Of a stretch of 44,878 nucleotides of DNA, positions 37,091-44,878 are shown one piece after another. The translations under genes and the position numbers were made by a program. A model generated the notes under the pieces. The model was not told the origin of the DNA. It ran no database searches and was given only the letters and a program-made list of their open reading frames with translations. Positions within the stretch are counted from its first letter, which is position 1. Every line of letters begins with the position of its first letter. Source of the stretch: Pseudothermotoga sp. (lineage in GTDB: Bacteria > Thermotogota > Thermotogae > Thermotogales > DSM-5069); the NCBI GenBank assembly GCA_041640575.1, contig JBEPZZ010000012.1:1-44878 (forward strand), read 5' to 3'.

Positions 37091-37109
37091 GCCCACCTTT
37101 TTTATTTTT
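37077..37109 (+). terminator. Intrinsic terminator ending the zapB...ppiD-like operon
   Basis: AAGGTGGGC-AATAA-GCCCACCTT followed by TTTTATTTTT; the stop codon lies in the loop. Confidence 0.85.
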
Positions 37110-37369
37110 AATACGTTCCACTTCTAATTATCCATTTTATGAGTATGAAAACTTCATTTTAACCAAAAACAATGTCGTGTTTGAATCGTTCTTTTTGGTG
37201 AAAGGACTAACTATTTACCTAACTCAGAGAGTGATCGCAAAAGCAAACTGATGCCATCCTATAGCTGAGTGTGAGCCCATCACAAGAGAAGTTGATTTAC
37301 GAAACCATGCTGCCTTGAACGAAGTTTTTCATGAGAAATCGCTTAATGGCAGACCAATAAGAACAAAAA

Positions 37370-37445
37370 TGGCTGGGGCGGGAGGATTCGAACCTCCGAA
37401 TGTCGGATCCAAAGTCCGATGCCTTACCAGCTTGGCGACGCCCCA
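37370..37445 (-). tRNA. tRNA-Gln (anticodon TTG)
   Basis: TGGGGCG...TCGGA-CT-TTG-GA-TCCGA...GGTTCGAATCC...CGCCCCA-GCCA; 76 nt. Confidence 0.96.
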
Positions 37446-37534
37446 GCGTCAAGTAATATTTTATCACAGTCTTGACAAAAGTCTATACCCGTCATTTGAA
37501 TGAGTACAATGCAGAGCTTGGGTAACTAACAATT

Positions 37535-37562
37535 TTTACAACTGTCGTGTCGATAATATAAT
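37535..37562 (+). promoter_or_regulatory. Sigma70-type promoter overlapping a sigma28-like -10
   Basis: TTTACA (37535-37540)-16 nt-TATAAT (37557-37562); GTCGATAA at 37549-37556. Confidence 0.55.
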
Positions 37563-37567
37563 TGGTG

Positions 37568-38248
37568 ATGCTTTTGGAAGGTGTAGTTATCGAACGTTAC
37601 GGGCAAGTGGTTAAAGTTAGAACAAACAAAGGAGAAGCTCTATTAAGGTTTCGAAAGAAAGCTCCGGTTGAAGGAGAACATGTCAGATTGGTTGATAAAC
37701 CAAGCAATTCGAATTTCTTCGTCGCGGAAATGCTTGTTGATTCTAAAGGTCCTCTACCTTCTTTGAAAAAGCTTGATCCATTTCTTCAAACAATTGGCAA
37801 GTTTAGAGATGCATTTGAAGCGCATTTTTGTGTCGCCATAGCCGATAGTATTTGTGAGAGACTGCAAAAAGGCGAACTTTCAAAGAATTTCTATCTAACC
37901 TTCGCTGAATACTACAAAACAGGTGAGGTAAACACAAGAATGATTGATTTTGGCCTTTGGCTTTTTACTGTTGGATATCCTTACGAATTCAAAAGCCTGC
38001 CTGATGAAAACAACGAGCCACTTCACATCATGATAGACAGAAAGTACAAGAAGTTTGAGATTAACTTTTTCAAAAACGGAGTTTACTATACTTTTAATGG
38101 GGCAATCTCAACCCAGGGCTTGACTCTCAAGGTAAAACCAGTTACAAACTTGGATTTCGACTTACTTGAACGACTCAGGCAGAATCTTCTTAGAAGATTT
38201 TCAGCAGTTTTCGTGAAAGTAGGCGAAATCGATGAATTATTTGCATAA
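37568..38248 (+). CDS. Hypothetical protein upstream of flhB-like gene (possible FliK/YlqG-like partner)
   Basis: Long ORF overlapping the flhB-like gene. Function is inferred from context only. The start could be 37562, 37565 or 37568. Confidence 0.6.
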   Translation: MLLEGVVIERYGQVVKVRTNKGEALLRFRKKAPVEGEHVRLVDKPSNSNFFVAEMLVDSKGPLPSLKKLDPFLQTIGKFRDAFEAHFCVAIADSICERLQKGELSKNFYLTFAEYYKTGEVNTRMIDFGLWLFTVGYPYEFKSLPDENNEPLHIMIDRKYKKFEINFFKNGVYYTFNGAISTQGLTLKVKPVTNLDFDLLERLRQNLLRRFSAVFVKVGEIDELFA

Positions 38249-38492
38249 ATTAGCAGTTGCTCTTGGTTACGATCCAGATCAATTTGATGCTCCATTCGTC
38301 ATAGCCAAGGGCAAAGATGAAATTGCTCAAAAAATCATTGAAGAAGCTGAAAAAAATGGTATTCCAATTGTTTCGAGTCCAGAACTGGTCAGAAAGTTAT
38401 ATCAACTGGATATTCTCGAACAGATTCCAGACGATTTGTATTTCGCTGTCGCAGAAATACTTGTTTTTGTTCAAAGCTTAAAGGAACGCTAG
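38232..38492 (+). CDS. Stand-alone FlhB C-terminal-like protein (FlhX/YlqH; EscU/YscU family)
   Basis: AVALGYD...AP.VIAKG...A.KIIE.A...GIPI....L...L..LD....IP..LY.AVAEIL.FV. Confidence 0.9.
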   Translation: MNYLHKLAVALGYDPDQFDAPFVIAKGKDEIAQKIIEEAEKNGIPIVSSPELVRKLYQLDILEQIPDDLYFAVAEILVFVQSLKER

Positions 38493-39316
38493 CTCCGTTT
38501 GAATTTTTGAAGATTTTCTTTTATTTTCTTGATTTCTTCAACAGTTCGTTTGAGGAGTTGTTCTCTGTTTTCGATTTGCTCGTCCAATTCCTTTAATAGT
38601 TGGGGGAGGTTTTTGCTCGGGCTCTGAATTTGGAATTTTTCGCTCAGAATCTCTCGCAGGCTTTCTACAACGTTTTTGAACACTTTTTCCCTTCGCTCAA
38701 GTAAGAAAACAAGCAATACGACAAATCCACTGCTAAGCAAGACAACAAAGAGCATGATCATGTTGAAAAATGGATTTGCCAGTGGATAGGCAACCGTAAC
38801 TTTGTATCCATAGCGTTCGTTTGTCATTTGGACAACTTTGAATTTCTTGCCTTTGTACATCGCTGTTGCTTCAAAAGCGTCCAGTTCGATGTTCATAACA
38901 GTTGAAAGCTTACTTCCAAGCAGGATGGGCTCGTTGGTAAAGATCAATGCACCTGCACTGTCAGATATGAACACTAAAGCATCTACTCTTGGGCTGGAAA
39001 TATCCAATGTCACAATTTTGATTGAACCGTTGCTCAATCTTGTAGCGGCAACTGTTTTTTTCAGAGTTTGATCGTACAATAGGATCCTACCGGTCTTTTC
39101 TGCAATGCCTGCAATTTCTATATTTTGAATAGGATTCTGCACAGTAAGAGAATAATCAATTTGAACTTGTGTCAGCTGATTTAGCAATTTGGCAGTGGAG
39201 TGAAGATAGTCAAGAACAATTTGATTTTCTCCCCCAAATTGTTTGAAGAGATAAAATGCCATCGCAAAACAAAGAGATGCGGCAATAACTAAGTAAAACG
39301 TTAATCTTCGAGCCAT
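38489..39316 (-). CDS. Hypothetical membrane protein (TM - Cache-like extracytoplasmic domain - TM - coiled coil)
   Basis: Two hydrophobic helices flank a segment with VFISDSAGALIF; C-terminal coiled coil. Confidence 0.65.
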   Translation of the reverse strand: MARRLTFYLVIAASLCFAMAFYLFKQFGGENQIVLDYLHSTAKLLNQLTQVQIDYSLTVQNPIQNIEIAGIAEKTGRILLYDQTLKKTVAATRLSNGSIKIVTLDISSPRVDALVFISDSAGALIFTNEPILLGSKLSTVMNIELDAFEATAMYKGKKFKVVQMTNERYGYKVTVAYPLANPFFNMIMLFVVLLSSGFVVLLVFLLERREKVFKNVVESLREILSEKFQIQSPSKNLPQLLKELDEQIENREQLLKRTVEEIKKIKENLQKFKRS

Positions 39317-39816
39317 TTTCCCATCACGACCAAATCGTAGTATTTGCCATTTTGAAAAATCACATTTTTCTTTATGCCTTCAACTTCGAAGCCAAACTTT
39401 TTGTATAGAGCCATCGCTCGTTCATTTCCCTGCATGACTTCAAGTTGAATTTTTTTAAATCCCCTTTCCCTTGCAATTTTGAGGCACTCTTGCATCAAAG
39501 CGCTACCAACACCCATACCCCAAAACGGTTTTCTCACACTTATTCCAAGCTCCCCTTTGTGTAGGATCTTTTTTCTGTGCGAACCGTAGAGAGTGATGAT
39601 ACCAATTATCTTTCCTTGATATTCTGCGACAAGAAAGATTCTTCTCCTGTCGGTTAAATATAAGGTTATTATTCTTCTTTGCTCAACCAGATCTTCGATT
39701 TCTTCTGGGTAAGAGATTAAAAACTCAGATTCTGCGGCTACAAGTCGCTTGAACATAATTATTTGTTCAGCATCTGATAACCTAACTTCCCTTATGATCA
39801 AGCCATCTAGCGTCAT
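39301..39816 (-). CDS. GNAT family N-acetyltransferase
   Basis: GISVRKPFWGMGVGSALM (motif A), N.RA.ALYKKFGF. Confidence 0.93.
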   Translation of the reverse strand: MTLDGLIIREVRLSDAEQIIMFKRLVAAESEFLISYPEEIEDLVEQRRIITLYLTDRRRIFLVAEYQGKIIGIITLYGSHRKKILHKGELGISVRKPFWGMGVGSALMQECLKIARERGFKKIQLEVMQGNERAMALYKKFGFEVEGIKKNVIFQNGKYYDLVVMGKWLED

Positions 39817-41528
39817 ATTCGTTCGAAGAATTTATCAAGTTCATCGTATGAGATCGAGTAAAAAATTGGTCTCCCATGAGGGCAGTTGCTCAAACCAGCC
39901 TCGACAACCTGCTTGAAAAGTTCTTGTGCTTGTGATTCGTCTAGTTTATCTCTTGTTCTCAGAGCGTTTTTACAAGCTATATCGGCAATAAGGTTTTTCA
40001 TGATTTCCTCAGTTTCTTGAAGATCAATGAGTTTTAATTCATCCATGGCAACTGCCAAGAAATCTTTAACATCACTTTGATCCAACCATTTTGGAATACT
40101 TTGCACTATTATTCTGTCATTTTCTATTTTGTATTCAAAACCGATCTTTTTCAAAATATCAGATTTCTTGAGCAGTTCAAGATCGCTTTTTCTCATCTGA
40201 ACTGATATTTCAAAAAGAAGTTGATTGGTCGGTATCGCTTCAAGATGCGAAATGATTTTTTCATAAACAAGCCTTTCGTGGGCAGCATGAAAGTCCATTA
40301 TCAACAAACTCTTTTCAGTTTCAATCAGAACATATCGAGATTTAATCAAACCAAGTATTTTAAAACTAAAAGGTTCCACGAGTTTCAGTCTTTCCAAAGA
40401 CTTCAAATCCAAAGTTGTGTCCATTTGCAAGGTATATTTGCTCTCTTTTGCGTGGATTCTTTCAGGTTCTTTGAGCAAATTTGTGCTGGGTTCACTTTTG
40501 ACTTTTGTCTGCTTATAATCATATCCTTGAATTTGAAGACTTCTTGCAGTAGTCTTTTTCAGTAGATTCTTTATCGTATCTCGAACAAAAAGGAAAACAC
40601 CTTCTTCATTTGTAAACTTAACTTCCAGTTTCTGAGGATGGATATTTACATCAAGCTCCTTCGGTGGAATCCAAAACTTCAAAATTGCAAATGGGTGCTT
40701 ACCGCGTTCAAGATAATCAGAATAAGCTGAATAAATAGCAGATGCAATCATCTGATTTGCTACGAATCTTCCATTAACGAAAAAAATAAGCGATCTTGCA
40801 CTTCTAGCGAGATCTGGAAGGCCTACGATGCCTTCAAGTCTCATGTCTTTTTGCACAGCATCTACTTGTATCAATTCTGAAGCCGTGACATTTGGGAAAA
40901 TCTGCCTAACTCGGGTCATGAAATCTGTTCCAGGAAGGTTATAGATTACCTGTTGTTCTCGAACTAGAACGAAATGTATCTGCGGTTTTGAAAGCGCAAA
41001 CTTTTCAAAAATCTCTGTGGCCATTCTTGCTTCAACGGCCGAGGATTTCAAGAACTTTCTTCGAGCCGGGACGTTGAAGAACAGATCCTTGACGATAACA
41101 CTTGTTCCATATTCCATGCTGATGGGTTTTTCATAGACTAGATGCCCTGCAACAACCTCTATTTCGTGACCGAGTTGAAGGTGCCTTGGCCTTGATCTCA
41201 AAGTGACCTTGCTAACTGTGCATATTGAGTGAAGTGCTTCACCCCTAAAACCGAAAGTCTCGAGGCTGTATATATCCTCAAAACTGGTTATCTTACTGGT
41301 TGTATGTGGTTCGAAACAGAGTAATAAATCATCCCTGTCCATGCCATCTCCATCGTCGATCACCGTGATCTGAGTTTTTCCGCCGCCAAGCAGTTCAACC
41401 ACCACTTTAGTGGCGTTTGCATCTAAAGAATTTTCCACAAGTTCCTTTACAACAGAGTGAACACCTGTAACCACTTCCCCGGCTGCAATTTTGGTTATCA
41501 CATGAGGATCCAATTTCTTAATCTTCAT
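39813..41528 (-). CDS. mutL: DNA mismatch repair endonuclease MutL
   Basis: IAAGEVV, KELVENSLDA, DDGDGM, TSKI, GFRGEAL, DVNIHPQK, DFHAAHER, ACK, CPHGRP. Confidence 0.97.
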   Translation of the reverse strand: MKIKKLDPHVITKIAAGEVVTGVHSVVKELVENSLDANATKVVVELLGGGKTQITVIDDGDGMDRDDLLLCFEPHTTSKITSFEDIYSLETFGFRGEALHSICTVSKVTLRSRPRHLQLGHEIEVVAGHLVYEKPISMEYGTSVIVKDLFFNVPARRKFLKSSAVEARMATEIFEKFALSKPQIHFVLVREQQVIYNLPGTDFMTRVRQIFPNVTASELIQVDAVQKDMRLEGIVGLPDLARSARSLIFFVNGRFVANQMIASAIYSAYSDYLERGKHPFAILKFWIPPKELDVNIHPQKLEVKFTNEEGVFLFVRDTIKNLLKKTTARSLQIQGYDYKQTKVKSEPSTNLLKEPERIHAKESKYTLQMDTTLDLKSLERLKLVEPFSFKILGLIKSRYVLIETEKSLLIMDFHAAHERLVYEKIISHLEAIPTNQLLFEISVQMRKSDLELLKKSDILKKIGFEYKIENDRIIVQSIPKWLDQSDVKDFLAVAMDELKLIDLQETEEIMKNLIADIACKNALRTRDKLDESQAQELFKQVVEAGLSNCPHGRPIFYSISYDELDKFFERI

Positions 41529-41616
41529 TTTTATCCCTCAGAAATATCTTAACCGAAAGATTCACGAAAAGGAATGGAAATCTAGGCGTTGGATAATGAT
41601 GACCGGAGGCGATGAT

Positions 41617-42789
41617 GTGAAAAGAGAAACTCGCTCAGCTTTGATCTTCATTTTTCTGTTAGGATTCGTCAGTTTATTTTCGGATATAGTTTATGAAGGT
41701 GCAAGAAGTATTTCTGGACAATTTCTCGGTTTGCTTGGGGCAACTGCTACTACGATAGCTTTAGTGGCAGGCCTTGGTGAATTCATAGGTTATTCGTTCA
41801 GGTTAGTATCTGGGTATCTTGCCGACAAAACAAAGAAATACTGGATTCTTACACTCATTGGCTATGGTATGAACCTTTTTGTTGTACCCGGGCTTGCTTT
41901 TGTTGGTAACTGGCAAATGGCTTTTGCTTTATTGATAGCCGAAAGGTTTGGGAAAGCTTTGAGAAAACCCGCTCGAGACACCATGATGTCCTATGCTGTC
42001 AAGCAGGTTGGATCTGGTTTTGGTTTCGGATTGGAAGAAGCACTGGATCAAATCGGAGCAGTAACTGGTCCAGCTTTGCTTTCACTTATACTGACCCTTA
42101 AGAACGGGGACGAGCTTTCAAAATATAGATTTGGCTTTGGTGTTCTTTTCATTCCTGCGACAATATCTGTGATACTTTTAATAACAGCGCGATTTCTTTT
42201 TCCAGCACCAAGTCAGTTTGAGAAAGATTCACAAATTAGTGAGCCTGCTCAAAAATTCTCAAAGAAATTTATATGGTATTTAGTGGCAATTTGCTTAATA
42301 GCTGCGGGGTTTGCAGACTTTCCATTCGTAGCGTTTCATGTGTCCAATCAAAAAATTTTTGCAGTTTCCGTTATACCATTGCTTTATGCAATGGCTATGG
42401 GTGTTGATGCGGCTGCAGCATTGCTCTTTGGAAGACTTTACGACAAATTTGGTGTGACGATACTTATGGTGTCTTCGGCTTTAACAGCTGGTTTCGCCCC
42501 ATTGGTGTTTTTGATAAAGAATCCTTGGTTTATAACTCTTGGAATTTCGCTTTGGGGTATAGGTATGGGCGCGCAAGAATCAATTCTAAAAGCTGTCGTT
42601 GCAGATATTGTGCCAAAACAAAGACGCGGAACAGCATATGGAGTTTTCAACACCTTATTCGGTTTGGCATGGTTTTTGGGCAGTTTTTCTATGGGTGTTT
42701 TGTATAAAATCTCTGTTTTAAGTGTTGTAATCTTCTCGGTTGGTATGGAAGTGCTTTCGATTTTTGCGCTTATGAGGCTCAAAGATTAA
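41617..42789 (+). CDS. MFS transporter
   Basis: Multiple TM helices; SGYLADKT, ERFGKALRKPARD, GRLYDKFG, RGTAYG. GTG 41617 follows GGAGG. Confidence 0.92.
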   Translation: MKRETRSALIFIFLLGFVSLFSDIVYEGARSISGQFLGLLGATATTIALVAGLGEFIGYSFRLVSGYLADKTKKYWILTLIGYGMNLFVVPGLAFVGNWQMAFALLIAERFGKALRKPARDTMMSYAVKQVGSGFGFGLEEALDQIGAVTGPALLSLILTLKNGDELSKYRFGFGVLFIPATISVILLITARFLFPAPSQFEKDSQISEPAQKFSKKFIWYLVAICLIAAGFADFPFVAFHVSNQKIFAVSVIPLLYAMAMGVDAAAALLFGRLYDKFGVTILMVSSALTAGFAPLVFLIKNPWFITLGISLWGIGMGAQESILKAVVADIVPKQRRGTAYGVFNTLFGLAWFLGSFSMGVLYKISVLSVVIFSVGMEVLSIFALMRLKD

Positions 42790-42799
42790 ATCATATTTA

Positions 42800-43700
42800 T
42801 CATTTTTCGAACAGTTCATCTGCTTCTGAAGTCGTATTTGCCAACTGGTTTTGTAGATTTTGTATCCATCTTTGAGCTACTGGCATTCACTTAACACTGT
42901 CAAAGACTTTAGATGTCAATTTTAGTTCCCAAGCTGGCTGCTATCTTTTGTATTCCGCTCCTTCCACCATGTTGATTACCTTGAGAAAAACATCTTGTGG
43001 ATATCCAAGATTAACTATTTCATCCCAGCTTTTTTGTTCTTCAATGTAAGCGATCAATGTGGAATCAAGTACCTGACATATTCTTAGAGTGACTTCATCC
43101 TTTTAACTTGATCGAAGCTGCACCAAGGATGGTTTCAGCAAAACGTTGTTAGTAATCACTTGCTTACTTGTTTATGTGATTTGCACGCTGATAGGCAAAC
43201 TTCTTAGCTAGGTCTAGTATCAAGACGAGAGCACCGCACATATTTTCATAAAGAGTGCAATAACCTACCGCAAGTTCGAATTTATTTTGAATCGTCAAAA
43301 CCCAGCCTATTTTTTCCTACTTGATATGAATATGAGTATGCGGCGTAAATTCCTTTTTGCAATTTTGCCCTGCTATATCCTAGAAAAAATAAGGTTTTCA
43401 ACTAGTTTTTGCATCGATTGGGTAGTGATTAGAAAAATAACAAGATGGTATAAAAATGCCAAGGATGTTTTCACCCAATGTTTCTGCTACAAGACAGTAA
43501 ACAACTTATCGGGTGACTCTGCTAGAAAGCTGATTAATTATTTTCTGGTTTTCTCTTGATCAACTCTTACTGCAAGAGCGTCTTCGGTATGGGGATATTT
43601 TGACAAGTTTCAATCTCAGGTGTTTGACCATTTTTTGCAATTCTGTATCAAGAACGTGCACTTCAAAGTGCTTTGCTTTTGACACAAAATTATTGTTTTG
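42800..43700 (-). pseudogene. nadE: Decayed NAD+ synthetase (second nadE) pseudogene
   Basis: Manual minus-strand translation gives collinear NadE fragments across frameshifts and stops: KAKHFE; VAETLGENILGIFIPS; NKFELAVGYCTLYENMCGAL; VLDSTLIAYIEEQKSWDEIVNLGY; AEYKR*Q; MPVAQRW. Boundaries are approximate. Confidence 0.88.
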
Positions 43701-43811
43701 AATCATTGAGTTCATAGTGTAAGGATATATGCGATTCATTGGTTAAGGGGATATCCTAAAAACTTTGTACATATAGAATATTTACAACTAAAAGTAAGGA
43801 TCCAAACCTGC

Positions 43812-44534
43812 TCAACGCTTCCTCTTTGATTCTTTGCACACAAGTGTTACAAATTTCATGATGTCTCTAGGAACACTCTTTTTCTCGAGTGGAGATTGTA
43901 AAAATCTGTAAAGCCATTCAAGTTTTGCTTTTTGAACCCAGTTTGGAGCTCGTTTCTTTCTTTCCCCGATAACGTCAAATGAGCCACCGACTCCCATGGC
44001 AAAGATTGCGTTTGTTTTGGAAAAGTTTTCTTTGATCCAAATCTCCTGTTTTGGAACTCCCATGCCAACGAATATTATGTCTGCTTTATTTTGGTTGATA
44101 GCTTCTATCGGTCCTGGGCCATCAAAATAGCCATGGTGATAGCCACATATCAACGCGCCATATTTTTGAGAAATATTTTCGGCTGCTTTTTGAACGACTT
44201 CTTTTCTTGCACCAAGCAGAAAAATGCGCCAACCATATTTTGGTGAAAGCTCACACAATTTTATCATTGTGTCAATACCAGTTATTCTATGTGCTTCCTG
44301 CTTGCAGAGTTTTTTTATAGCCCACACAACACCGGCACCATCCGGGAAAAGGATGTCAGCAGATTTCACAGCGGATCGATAAATTTCATCTTCATAGGTT
44401 CTCACCACTATCGAAGCGTTAACGCTTACAGCAAAGGTTTTTTGTCTTTTGTTTATTCTTTCAACTAAGAAGTTTATCAATTCTTCTTCGGTGCAAAGGG
44501 CTAAAGGAAGGTTTAAGAGTTCGGCAAATTTCAA
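43812..44534 (-). CDS. WecB/TagA/CpsF family glycosyltransferase
   Basis: SVN, PDGAGVVWA, RITGID, FLLGA, HHGYF, VGMGVPKQE.WI, GVGGSFD, RAP.W.Q...LEWLYR. TTG 44534 follows AGGAGG; the longer ORF runs through tRNA-Leu. Confidence 0.93.
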   Translation of the reverse strand: MKFAELLNLPLALCTEEELINFLVERINKRQKTFAVSVNASIVVRTYEDEIYRSAVKSADILFPDGAGVVWAIKKLCKQEAHRITGIDTMIKLCELSPKYGWRIFLLGARKEVVQKAAENISQKYGALICGYHHGYFDGPGPIEAINQNKADIIFVGMGVPKQEIWIKENFSKTNAIFAMGVGGSFDVIGERKKRAPNWVQKAKLEWLYRFLQSPLEKKSVPRDIMKFVTLVCKESKRKR

Positions 44535-44550
44535 AATCAATCCTCCTGGA

Positions 44551-44579
44551 CAAAAATTTGGAGCCGGTGTGCCGGCTCC
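44551..44579 (-). terminator. GC-rich hairpin between tRNA-Leu and the tagA-like gene (weak terminator/processing site)
   Basis: GGAGCCGG-4 nt-CCGGCTCC (44560-44579), followed on the minus strand by AAATTTTTG. Confidence 0.55.
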
Positions 44580-44581
44580 TG

Positions 44582-44667
44582 TGGTGCCGAGGGCGGGAGT
44601 TGAACCCGCACGGGTGTAACCCACATGATCCTGAGTCATGCGCGTCTGCCAATTCCGCCACCTCGGC
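44582..44667 (-). tRNA. tRNA-Leu (anticodon CAG)
   Basis: GCCGAGG...CATGA-CT-CAG-GA-TCATG, long variable arm, GGTTCAACTCC, CCTCGGC-ACCA; 86 nt. Confidence 0.96.
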
Positions 44668-44688
44668 AGCTATCTTTTACCAATCAGT

Positions 44689-44717
44689 ATACTACCACGC
44701 AAAGAAGACTTTATCAA
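44689..44717 (-). promoter_or_regulatory. Sigma70-type promoter of tRNA-Leu
   Basis: Minus strand TTGATA-17 nt-TAGTAT with an extended TG. Confidence 0.65.
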
Positions 44718-44878
44718 GTAGAGAACAAAAGTAGCTCTAATGCCGATTTACTGAAGTACTTTGTTTGTAGGGCTATAATAGAAAGATTGCATACAAAATA
44801 ATTCCGAGGGGTAACGAAATTGATTTTGAGATAAGAGAAGGAAAGGAGATAGATTTTGATCCTGAAAGAGGGACAGTT

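Noticed and set aside
37315..37503. 62-aa + strand ORF
   Set aside because: It runs antisense through tRNA-Gln, a typical tRNA shadow ORF.
43287..43559. 90-aa + strand ORF
   Set aside because: It is antisense to the nadE pseudogene, with no recognisable motif or SD.
44461..44661. 66-aa minus ORF and the 35-aa N-terminal extension of the tagA-like ORF
   Set aside because: Both read through tRNA-Leu; the supported start is TTG 44534 after AGGAGG.
23919..44667. Integrative element bounded by the tRNA genes
   Set aside because: No integrase, no duplicated tRNA 3' ends seen, and the content is core housekeeping genes.
44770..44878. Possible + strand gene start at the window edge (TATAAT 44774-44779, AAGGAG, TTG 44856: MILKEGQ)
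   Set aside because: Only seven codons are visible, so it cannot be supported or named.

Overview
A gene-dense, fairly AT-rich core-chromosome segment. Gene content and protein style point to a Thermotogae bacterium, probably Pseudothermotoga/Thermotoga-like; this is inferred from the sequence, not from a database search. It holds about 43 protein genes, mostly in long operons with overlapping start/stop codons: an ABC-2 exporter, clpX-tsaD, a ~13 kb minus-strand run (MBL hydrolase, lipoprotein, glpQ, murB, yigZ, TPR, glmM, a 1384-aa PlsA/Ger-type activase fusion, nadE, holA, B12-radical SAM), PLD-HAD-GH3-like genes, dnaB-ispF, radical SAM-TetR, hutH with a TM0106-type nuclease, zapB/zapA-murI-rapZ-yvcK-whiA-nrdR-greA-lysS-ppiD-like, an flhB-like pair, mutL, an MFS transporter and a tagA-like gene. 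There are three tRNAs: Ala-CGC, Gln-TTG and Leu-CAG. I saw no rRNA, CRISPR array, transposase or prophage. Four observations stand out. (1) A multiply disrupted second nadE (pseudogene) lies in the ORF-poor gap at 42.8-43.7 kb, while the intact nadE appears to have lost its glutaminase catalytic Glu and Cys. (2) There is a candidate ether/membrane-spanning lipid gene set: the PlsA/Ger-like enzyme, two unassigned radical SAM enzymes (one behind a palindromic TetR-type operator) and lipid-turnover hydrolases. (3) A catalytically dead GH3/NagZ-like exported protein has its start and signal peptide encoded inside the HAD gene. (4) Two genes are candidates for leaderless mRNAs.
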